Shown here piece by piece: positions 7,805-15,830 of a stretch of 64,000 nt of DNA. The stretch's first letter is position 1; each line of letters starts with the position of its first letter. The position numbers and the translations under genes are program-made. The notes below the pieces were generated by a model, which saw only the letters and a list, made by a program, of their open reading frames with translations, searched no databases and had not been told where the DNA came from. The stretch comes from Christensenellaceae bacterium (GTDB lineage Bacteria; Bacillota; Clostridia; Christensenellales; CAG-138). The stretch is from the NCBI GenBank assembly GCA_963675855.1, contig OY776633.1:172318-236317 (forward strand), in the 5' to 3' direction.

Positions 7805-10279
7805 TCAGCCATCGCCGTCGTTAATGATCGTGTCGTCTTCGGACGGCACCTGTTCGGAATAGCCCCATATAAGCCCGTCGGGAATGCGGCGCTGGTAGGT
7901 GTCCTCGATGGTGCCTACGTGCGTATTGCCGTGGCGGTTGAGCTGCTCGCCCATAAACAGCATGCAGGCCGAAACGCCGCCGTCGAGGTTGTACGCCTCC
8001 ACGCAGCCCTGTTCGATAAACAGTTCGCGAAACGCCGTAAGGCGCATGCCGTAGCTGTATTCTTTCTGCCGACCGTCCACGACGATCGCAACGAAATGCC
8101 CGGGTTCCACCATGCCGATGCCGGTGCGCGGGTTGGTCTCGTTTCCGATGCGGCGCGTGTGGTCGATGTCCTCGTCGGTAATCGCGCCGTCGCGAAGCAA
8201 GGTCGGCCCGAAGGAAAACGCGTCCCGTACGCCGTCCATGAGCAGTTCGTATGCGTTTGTTTCGCGCGGGGAGAAGATGCGCATCGTCATATCGGGGTAC
8301 ATGGCCAGCACGTCGCACTTGGCGCTGTTGAGAAACACCTTGCCCTCGCGGATGAGGATGCTCTTATACTGCGTGTCGCTTTCCACAAGGTTGTCGCCCG
8401 TGATCATAAGCACGGCCCTGCTGCGCCGCGCGAGAATCCACGGCTTGATCGCGCCCGCTCCGTTGCGGTTTACCGCCGCCTGCACGGTGCCGAAGCTGTT
8501 GACCTCCCGCATGCGGATGTGCGCCACGAAGTAGACGAGCGGATAGGTCTTGTCCGCATAGTTGACATACTCCGTTTCGACGCGGTCGATCATGATGGAG
8601 AGCGTGTCGGTGCGGTATTCCCAGTGTCCGTTCTCCCCGTCAATGATGATCACCTCGTCCGGGTCGTCCACCGAACGGTAATACTCGTCTTGTGCGGAGT
8701 CCGCAACAGGTTCCGGCTCCGGTTCGGGCGTCGGGGTCGGTTCGGGCGTGGGTTCCGGCGTCGGCGCTGCCGTCGCCGTGAGCGCGGGGGTTTCTTCAAC
8801 CGCCTCCTCCGCCTCGTCCTGCCCGCCGTAGTAGTACAGCGCGCCGGATGCGGCAAGGCAGATGAAAAACGGCAGCAGCGAGAGCACGACGGCTCCGCCG
8901 CGGCGCCTGCCGCGACGCTTTTTCAAGCCGTACGTAAGCAGCAGGAGCACGGTCAGGATCAGCCCCAGCGCGGACAATCCGGCAAGCAGCGGAAACGTAG
9001 GAATAAGCGTCTCATCTTCATTCGCCGGCGGTTCCGCCGCTGTCTGCGCCGCAGGTTCCTGCGTGGGTTCCGGCGTGGGTTCCGGCGTGGGCTCCGGCGT
9101 CGGCGTCGGTGTCGGCGTCGGGTCGATATAGCCGCTGAGCGAAAGTTTGTCGATGTTCTCAAACAGGTCGTTCCCGGCCGCGTCCTCGCCGATCTGGCTC
9201 TCCGCAAGCTGGAAAACGGACGCGGGGTTCAATTCGGTTTCATACACATGCCGCGTTGTGCAGAGCGTAAACGCATCCGCGGCGAGTTCCAAAACGCTCT
9301 TTCCCCCAAGGCCGTTGAGCGGAGTGGAGAAATCGAGCGCCGTCGTTCCAAGCTCGGACGCGAAGTAGATCTTCTGTACGCCGGTGTCCTCCGCCGCGCG
9401 GGCGGTGTATTCTCCCGTGAACTGCGCAGCGCCGTCCAGCGCCGTTTCGTCGTCGATATGCGTCACGATGACTTTCGGCGCAACTGCGGCGACGCACGCT
9501 TCGAGATAGTCCAGCGTCGGCCTCCTGCCCCATTCGTTTCGCACCATGGTATACGGCTCGTTGTTATCGCTGTGAAAACTGCCGAAAAACGGATAGTTCT
9601 CGCAGCCCGCGCGCCAGAGCGCCGCAAGCAGCTCACCCTGCGCTGCGCGGGTACCGCGGGACACGACGACCAGCGTCGTGGGAATGTCGTAGTTGCTTGC
9701 ATAGACCGCCATGACGCCGAAAAATTCATCGAGCGCGGTGACGGATGTGGACGCGACGACGAGAAGGTCCGCCGCCCCCGAAGGGCTCCACCGCTGAACG
9801 TCCCGCGGCAGTTCGCCCGCGCCGTAGACGGCAAGCGCGGAGAGCGACGTTTTGCCGAGCATCGTCACCACGACGCGAGACACGCCCTCGACAAGCGGAA
9901 AATACACGTTGACATAAGGTTTCGCAACGTCTTCCGACAGCGCCGTACCCGCCGCGTCGAGCTGGGTTACGGTATACTGCGTCGTGATATCGTACCACTC
10001 CAGATACAACCCCTGCGCGTCTAAAGGCAGGTCGATCTGTATCGTCTGTTCCTTCGTAAAGGACTGGTAACTCTCCACAAGGCCGTCGGTGATGCGGTAC
10101 TCTTTGCCGGTCAGTTCCTCCGGCAGCGTAATCGTGCATTCGTCCGTGATTGCGGCGGCCTGCTGCGTCGGAATGTCCGCGTCCTCTGCGTGCGCGGCGC
10201 TCTGCGGAACCAACCCGGCCAGCAGGAAAAGCGCGCATAAAACCGCCATGAGCCGGGAGCGAACATGTGTTTTTTTCAT
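7805..10279 (-). CDS. membrane-tethered two-domain exoprotein A: signal peptide, beta-sandwich + degenerate LmbE/PIG-L-like domain, P/T/E linker, 2-TM hairpin, P/T/E linker, phosphodiester glycosidase (NAGPA/DUF2233) domain
   Basis: The C-terminus (FGPTLLRDG...VEPGHFVAIVVDGR...AYNLDGGVS) matches DUF2233/NAGPA. Central region LLAGLSALGLILTVLLLLTYGLKKRRGRRRGGAVVLSLLPFFICLAASGALYY forms two TM helices. Paralogous to 15831..18308. Start at MKKTHVRSRL (10279) is uncertain; the ORF extends to 10342. Confidence 0.75.
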   Translation of the reverse strand: MKKTHVRSRLMAVLCALFLLAGLVPQSAAHAEDADIPTQQAAAITDECTITLPEELTGKEYRITDGLVESYQSFTKEQTIQIDLPLDAQGLYLEWYDITTQYTVTQLDAAGTALSEDVAKPYVNVYFPLVEGVSRVVVTMLGKTSLSALAVYGAGELPRDVQRWSPSGAADLLVVASTSVTALDEFFGVMAVYASNYDIPTTLVVVSRGTRAAQGELLAALWRAGCENYPFFGSFHSDNNEPYTMVRNEWGRRPTLDYLEACVAAVAPKVIVTHIDDETALDGAAQFTGEYTARAAEDTGVQKIYFASELGTTALDFSTPLNGLGGKSVLELAADAFTLCTTRHVYETELNPASVFQLAESQIGEDAAGNDLFENIDKLSLSGYIDPTPTPTPTPEPTPEPTPEPTQEPAAQTAAEPPANEDETLIPTFPLLAGLSALGLILTVLLLLTYGLKKRRGRRRGGAVVLSLLPFFICLAASGALYYYGGQDEAEEAVEETPALTATAAPTPEPTPEPTPTPEPEPEPVADSAQDEYYRSVDDPDEVIIIDGENGHWEYRTDTLSIMIDRVETEYVNYADKTYPLVYFVAHIRMREVNSFGTVQAAVNRNGAGAIKPWILARRSRAVLMITGDNLVESDTQYKSILIREGKVFLNSAKCDVLAMYPDMTMRIFSPRETNAYELLMDGVRDAFSFGPTLLRDGAITDEDIDHTRRIGNETNPRTGIGMVEPGHFVAIVVDGRQKEYSYGMRLTAFRELFIEQGCVEAYNLDGGVSACMLFMGEQLNRHGNTHVGTIEDTYQRRIPDGLIWGYSEQVPSEDDTIINDGDG

Positions 10280-10426
10280 TTGCGTGTACATGTTATCAGT
10301 ATACACAGACGGGGCCGTATAAGTCAAAACGATTGTAATCAAACACCAATTTTATTATAATTTATTCATACACGCTCGACCGGCTGCCGCGCGTGCCGCC
10401 TGATATGATGATAAGGAGTATATCCG

Positions 10427-11917
10427 ATGACATATAAAAAAGCCCTCTCCGCCGTCCTGTTGCTTGCGCTGATGTTTGCGTTCGGATGCACGGGCCAATC
10501 CCCGGCCGAACCCGCGGCGCCTGAAGGCACGGACATAACCGCGCTCGATCGCAGCAGCGCCGGACTGACCGACGCCGACCTTGCCGCGCTCTACGCCGAG
10601 ACGGAACTGATCTATCTCGACTTGCGCGGAAACGAGCTCTCGCCGGAGGCTGTCGGCGCGCTGACTGCCGCGCTGCCGAACTGCGTGATCCTCTGGAGCG
10701 TCCCGCTCGGTTCCGCGCGTTTCGACAGCGGCAGTGAAGAGATCGTTCTTCCCCCGGATACGGACGCGGCGGAGCTGGAACGCCTGAAGCTGTTTCCGAA
10801 TCTGACGCGCGTGGACGCGACCGCGCTTTCGGACGCGGCGGCAATCATGGCCGCCTCCGCCGAACTGCCGGACGTCGAATTCCTCTGGAACGTCGAAGTG
10901 CTCGGACAATCGTATCCTTCCACGACCGCCGAACTCGATCTGCGCGGCGCAGCAATCGGCGATATCGACGTGCTCGCCGAATCCCTCTCAGCGTTTTTGA
11001 ATCTGAAAACCGTCGACCTGACCGGGCAGACACTGCGTGACGAAGAGATGCTCGCGCTGACGCAGGCTCAGCCGGAGACGCTGTTTATTTGGGATGTAGA
11101 CCTCTTCGGCGTTTCCGTTTCCAGCAAAGAAATGGAGGCGGACATCAGCGATATGCCGGTGGACGACCTCGACGCGCTGCAGCGAAAGCTGATGCTTCTG
11201 CCAAGCCTGACACAGCTGGTCATGTGCAACTGCGGCCCGTCCGACGAAGAGATGGCGGCGCTTGCCGCGGCGGTTCCGGACGTGAAGTTCGTCTGGATGA
11301 TCCGCGTCGGGGGCTGGGAGATGCGCACGGACGTAAAGGCTTTCTCCAAGGGGAACCGCACGACCTTCGACGGCGGCGAGTTCGTCGGCGGAGTGACCAA
11401 CTTTTCCAGCGAAGACCTCGAACCGCTCAAATACTGCACCGACCTCGTCGCGCTCGACGTCGGCCACGGCAGCCGCATCACCGATCTGAGCGTTTTGCAG
11501 TATCTGCCGAAACTTCGTTTCCTGATCGTCGCGATGAACCGTATCGAGAGCATCGAGGACCTGAAGTACTGCCCCGAACTGGAATATCTGGAGATCTTCC
11601 AGAACTATATCTCCGACTGGTCGCCGCTGCTCTCGCTGCCGAAGCTGACGCACCTCAACTGCAGCACCAATTACGGCAGGACGGACGACGGGGACAAACA
11701 ATACCCCGACTACACCGTACTCATGCAGATGACGCAGCTGCAGCGCTTATGGGTCATACACGACAACCTCTCAAAAGCGCAGATGGAGGAACTCCGCGCC
11801 GCGCTGCCGAACGCCGTAATCAACAACATCGGAACCCACTCGACTTCCAACGACTGGCGGGATAACGACCTTTACCGGGAAATGCAGGAGCTGTTCAACC
11901 TGCCTTTTTCAGAATGA
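10427..11917 (+). CDS. leucine-rich-repeat lipoprotein
   Basis: AAGGAG RBS. Signal peptide with lipobox (LMFAFGC). Repeated LxxLxxLxL/NxI units (LPKLRFLIVAMNRIESIEDLKYCPELEYLEIFQNYISDWSPL). Confidence 0.75.
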   Translation: MTYKKALSAVLLLALMFAFGCTGQSPAEPAAPEGTDITALDRSSAGLTDADLAALYAETELIYLDLRGNELSPEAVGALTAALPNCVILWSVPLGSARFDSGSEEIVLPPDTDAAELERLKLFPNLTRVDATALSDAAAIMAASAELPDVEFLWNVEVLGQSYPSTTAELDLRGAAIGDIDVLAESLSAFLNLKTVDLTGQTLRDEEMLALTQAQPETLFIWDVDLFGVSVSSKEMEADISDMPVDDLDALQRKLMLLPSLTQLVMCNCGPSDEEMAALAAAVPDVKFVWMIRVGGWEMRTDVKAFSKGNRTTFDGGEFVGGVTNFSSEDLEPLKYCTDLVALDVGHGSRITDLSVLQYLPKLRFLIVAMNRIESIEDLKYCPELEYLEIFQNYISDWSPLLSLPKLTHLNCSTNYGRTDDGDKQYPDYTVLMQMTQLQRLWVIHDNLSKAQMEELRAALPNAVINNIGTHSTSNDWRDNDLYREMQELFNLPFSE

Positions 11918-11959
11918 ACGCAATCCCGTAACCCCAACGGACCACCATAGGAGTGACTC

Positions 11960-13255
11960 ATGTTTAACAAATTCGCCCTGACCCTCGTCCTCGCGCTGAG
12001 CCTGGCCGCGCTGTTCGCCGTTTCAGGCTGCGCGCCAGCCGTGGAAGCGCAGGAGCCGGCGCAGGAAACCGCCGTCCCGACGCAGGCTCCGACGCCGACG
12101 CCGACGGCCACGCCTTCCCCCACCCCGACGCCGGAACCGACCCCGACGGTCATCACCATCGGCGCCATCGGCGACATCATGATCATGCCCCCCCAGATCA
12201 GCGGCGCGTATATCGACGAAACGGGCGAGTATGACTTTTCTCGCAGCTTCCTCGGGGTCAAGAACCATTTCCTCTCGGTCGACCTCATGTGCGGCAACCT
12301 CGAAACCACCCTGTCCGGCGAGGAAGCCGGATATTCTAAAAAGAAACGCGAAGACGAGCCGGCCGACACCTTCAACGCGCCGGACGAAATCGTGGACGAC
12401 CTTATCGACATCGGATTCGATTTTTTAAGCACCGGCAACAACCACGTGCTCGACCGCAAAATGGAGGGGCTTCTGCGCACGCTTGACGTGCTGGACGAAA
12501 AGGGCGTTTACCACACCGGCACCGCACGCTCCAACGAGGAGCGCGATACGCCGCTGATCATCGATGTAAAAGGGATCAAGATCGGCTTCGTCGCTCCAAC
12601 GGAGATCATCAACAAGCGCGACCGCTATATGAACGACGAGGAGACGGAATATGCCGTCACCCGCCTGTATTCGCAGCAGGAGCGGCTGCTCGCCGAAGTC
12701 GCGGCCTGCAAGGAGGCGGGCGCGGATTTCGTCATCGCCTACCCGCACTGGGACAAGGAGCATCGGACAGCGGCGACGCAGCGTTCGCGCGATATGGCAA
12801 AGCTGCTGCTCGAAGCGGGCGCGGACGTGATCCTGGGTTCGCACCCGCACGTGGTGCAGGACATCGAATACGTGACCGTCGAACGCGACGGGCAGCCTTA
12901 TACGGGGCTCGTCGTCTACTCGATGGGCAACTTCATCTCCAACATGGCGGGAAAGACGGAGATCGACCCGCTCAAATACGGTCTGTACGTGCAGCTCTCG
13001 GTTGTGAAAGACGTTGACGGAACCGTTTCTTTGCAGAGCGCGTGCTATATGCCGCTGTTCGAGTTCTACCGCACCGTGGACGGAAAATACGTCCACCAGG
13101 TCGTCCCCGCGCTCGAGGACACCTCGCTGATCACCTCGTTTTCGGAACTGAACGCGAAGGAGATCAAGCGGGCCGGATACGCCCGGGAGTATGTAATCGA
13201 GCAGTGCACGACGGACGTGATCCCCGTGATGGACGACGCGGACTGGGTCAGATAG
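11960..13255 (+). CDS. CapA-family (PGA_cap, metallophosphoesterase-fold) lipoprotein, copy 1
   Basis: Lipobox AVSGC, PT-rich linker, then GDIM...GNLE...TGNNHVLD...HWDKEH...GSHPHVVQ...YSMGNFIS motifs typical of CapA-family proteins. Confidence 0.8.
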   Translation: MFNKFALTLVLALSLAALFAVSGCAPAVEAQEPAQETAVPTQAPTPTPTATPSPTPTPEPTPTVITIGAIGDIMIMPPQISGAYIDETGEYDFSRSFLGVKNHFLSVDLMCGNLETTLSGEEAGYSKKKREDEPADTFNAPDEIVDDLIDIGFDFLSTGNNHVLDRKMEGLLRTLDVLDEKGVYHTGTARSNEERDTPLIIDVKGIKIGFVAPTEIINKRDRYMNDEETEYAVTRLYSQQERLLAEVAACKEAGADFVIAYPHWDKEHRTAATQRSRDMAKLLLEAGADVILGSHPHVVQDIEYVTVERDGQPYTGLVVYSMGNFISNMAGKTEIDPLKYGLYVQLSVVKDVDGTVSLQSACYMPLFEFYRTVDGKYVHQVVPALEDTSLITSFSELNAKEIKRAGYAREYVIEQCTTDVIPVMDDADWVR

Positions 13256-13276
13256 CATAAACGCAACGATCAAAAA

Positions 13277-13302
13277 GCCACGGCAGACGCCGTGGTTTTT
13301 TA
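13277..13302. terminator. bidirectional intrinsic terminator (capA-like 1 / ligase-like gene)
   Basis: CCACGGC-AGAC-GCCGTGG hairpin with an A-run before and T6 after. Confidence 0.8.
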
Positions 13303-13346
13303 ATCGTTATAAATCAAATGTGTTAATATTTTGTCAAGCCGTCATG

Positions 13347-14831
13347 CTATTCCACCGGTTCGGTCTCCGGTATCGGTTCAGCTTTCAGAAAACGAAGGAC
13401 GAATCCCGCCGAAAACATGAACCAGATCCAAACCGTATTCACGCCGCCGTTGACAAACAGAAAATCCTCCATCATGCTTTCGCTCACCGTAAAGAGAAGC
13501 ATCGCGGGAAGCAGCCGGACGGCGAGCGTGTCCGCGTTTGTCAGACCGCCGAACGAGAACCTGACCGCCGCGACTGCAATGAGCACTAAAAATATCAACG
13601 CAAACAGCAATCCCACCACACCGAAGGAAACAAGCGCCCCAAGCAGCGAATTATGGAAGATGCCGACCGGCGACCCTTCCGGAAAATACGGTTTCATCAG
13701 GTCGCTGGCCACCGCGGGCCCGGTACCGATCGCCAGTATCTTCGGGTTTCCGGCAAGCCCCTTCAGCACGGCGGCCCAGATGTCGAGCCGGATGCGCATG
13801 CTTTCCATATCGGTGATGTCCCTCGCCGTCAGATCCGGCGTTTCATCGGCATCCTGCTGCAATGGCGTCAAAGCCTGCTCTTCCACGGGCGCCCCCGCCG
13901 CCGCGGCATAATCCGTTTCGGCAGAATAGGCGTCGTACGCGGAGCGAACCAGCCCCGTACCCAAATAGCACGCAGCGATCGCCAGGCACATCATCAAGGC
14001 GCTTATGGCGACACGCAGCGCGGCGCGCGCTTTTTTCATCCATGCGGCGCGGTTCAGCCAGACGTTGCTCAGCAGAAACGTTTCAAACCCGATCGCAACG
14101 CACGCGCCGATGATCGCCGTGCGGCTGTCCGTTAACACCAGCGCGGTAAAGCAGATCGCGCCGCCGATAGAAACGAGAATTCTGGGCAGGGCCTTTTTCA
14201 AACGAACCAGCAGATAAACCGTCAGTACGACGCCCGCCGCGCAGTAGGGCGCGCTTCTGTTCGGATTGCTGTCCAGCCACAGCCTGCCGCCATAAATACC
14301 GAATCCGGAAAACAACGCCGGCGCGCGTGTCTCGGCGTCCTTTACGAACACGGCGGTCAAGCCGACGGCGCTCAGCAGCGTCACCGCGGCGAGCGTCGTG
14401 ATCGCCAGTACCGTTAAAACGCGGGCCGCGCCTTTTTTTGAAAACGCATACGGAAACGAAAAGCATAGAAACGACGTCACGCAGACGCTGGCGAACCAAA
14501 GATAGGAATCTACGATATGCGCGCGTGAACGGTTCAGGACGACCGACGCGCACATCCAAAGGATGAAGAAAACCAGAAAGCGAATCTCCGGATATTTCAC
14601 ATAACGGCAGTCGTACGCAAGAAACGCGAAAACGATTACCGATGCCGGGAAAAACACATACAACAGCGGCGTTCCGTTGTCGAGCGGCACCAGATACTGG
14701 ATCGCGTCGAACGCGGCGCAGCAGGCAAGCGCCAACAGCGCCAGAAACCTCCAGGAGAGAACGCCCCCCCGGCAGAATGCGAGCGGATCCGCCGCGCGCT
14801 TGTTTTTTTCACCGGATTTTTTCTGAATCAT
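13347..14831 (-). CDS. O-antigen ligase / Wzy_C-like polytopic membrane protein
   Basis: 494 aa with about 10-12 TM segments and a larger loop (ETDYAAAAGAPVEEQALTPLQQDADETPDLTARD). Contains a TDSRTA motif as in Wzy_C-family proteins. Confidence 0.65.
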   Translation of the reverse strand: MIQKKSGEKNKRAADPLAFCRGGVLSWRFLALLALACCAAFDAIQYLVPLDNGTPLLYVFFPASVIVFAFLAYDCRYVKYPEIRFLVFFILWMCASVVLNRSRAHIVDSYLWFASVCVTSFLCFSFPYAFSKKGAARVLTVLAITTLAAVTLLSAVGLTAVFVKDAETRAPALFSGFGIYGGRLWLDSNPNRSAPYCAAGVVLTVYLLVRLKKALPRILVSIGGAICFTALVLTDSRTAIIGACVAIGFETFLLSNVWLNRAAWMKKARAALRVAISALMMCLAIAACYLGTGLVRSAYDAYSAETDYAAAAGAPVEEQALTPLQQDADETPDLTARDITDMESMRIRLDIWAAVLKGLAGNPKILAIGTGPAVASDLMKPYFPEGSPVGIFHNSLLGALVSFGVVGLLFALIFLVLIAVAAVRFSFGGLTNADTLAVRLLPAMLLFTVSESMMEDFLFVNGGVNTVWIWFMFSAGFVLRFLKAEPIPETEPVE

Positions 14832-14873
14832 ATCGGCCCCTCAACTGACCCGTGTTTCATGTTCGCAACCGTA

Positions 14874-15782
14874 TCATGCTCTGCGGCGTACATCTTCGGC
14901 GATGCGCATAATCACGTTTGCGTCGACCGATTCGTCAAATTTGCGCGCAAAGAGCATGCCGCTGTCCATCAGCATATCGAAGTCCGCGTCCTTCAGCGTG
15001 CGCGGGGACGCGCCGCCGCCCGTCCAGTCTACGTACCGCATGGTCGCGGCTTGTTCGTCGTCAAAACCCATGAACGCGCGTTTGTCCATAAACGGCGAAT
15101 TGTAAAGCGCCGTCTGGAGCCATATCTCGTCCGCGCAGGAGGAGTTTCTATAAAATCTGCGGTATGTTTTGATCTGTTCGAGCGCGTGGAGCGCGAACGC
15201 GTGCGTAATGGAAAACCAGACGCCGCCCTTTTGAAAAACGACGCCGCTGTTTCTAATCCGGTTCACGCCAAGCAGCTTTTGTATTCTGCCGCTCAGCGGC
15301 GAAAGGCGCCTGTGCAGCTTCAGGGCAAACGGATCGACCGGCCGCGTCCAGTGCCACAGCCCGATCCTGCCGAAGATGACTTCCGGCTTTGCCGTTTCCC
15401 GTTCGAAGGACACAAACTCCCGCCCCGCGTGTGCGTCGAAAAACGCGTGTATCTCACGCTGCGGTTTCAGGGGAAGGTCGACGCCGGAGAGCATATGGTA
15501 AAAGACATGCTCTTCTTCCGCCGCTTTTGCAAGCAGGGAGACGATCACGTCTATGAATACTTCGCTGCCCCAGCGCGCGTCCCGGCGCGGCACGAAGTAC
15601 ACGCGGCTGTTCGGCGCGGCGGCGCGCAGCGCATCCTCCGAAAAACCATCCGCTTTCCGGTCGATGTGCAGATAGATGTCGTTGCGGTCGTTATCGAGCA
15701 GGGCAATAAGGGTCAAAAGTTGATGCGGCTTATTGTGCGCCGCGATCAGATACGCATGTCGTCCGGCGTTCGTGCGTTCCAT
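14874..15782 (-). CDS. glycosyltransferase family 14-like (core-2/I-branching beta-1,6-GlcNAc-transferase family)
   Basis: 302 aa. N-terminus AYLIAAHNKPHQLLTLIALLDNDRNDIYLHIDRKA and later SGVDLPLK, WFS are typical of bacterial Branch/GT14 proteins. Confidence 0.7.
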   Translation of the reverse strand: MERTNAGRHAYLIAAHNKPHQLLTLIALLDNDRNDIYLHIDRKADGFSEDALRAAAPNSRVYFVPRRDARWGSEVFIDVIVSLLAKAAEEEHVFYHMLSGVDLPLKPQREIHAFFDAHAGREFVSFERETAKPEVIFGRIGLWHWTRPVDPFALKLHRRLSPLSGRIQKLLGVNRIRNSGVVFQKGGVWFSITHAFALHALEQIKTYRRFYRNSSCADEIWLQTALYNSPFMDKRAFMGFDDEQAATMRYVDWTGGGASPRTLKDADFDMLMDSGMLFARKFDESVDANVIMRIAEDVRRRA

Positions 15783-15830
15783 ACGCTGCTTCCTTTCCCG
15801 TTTGACGGAAACCTTCCTGTCGATCGCCTG

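Noticed and set aside
8690-9125. CCG/ACG-rich nucleotide repeats considered as non-coding VNTRs. Similar repeats occur at 12085-12150, 16690-17100, 19500-19640 and 21125-21195.
   Set aside because: They are in frame and encode Pro/Thr/Glu linkers inside well-supported envelope proteins. They are coding low-complexity sequence, not independent repeat elements.
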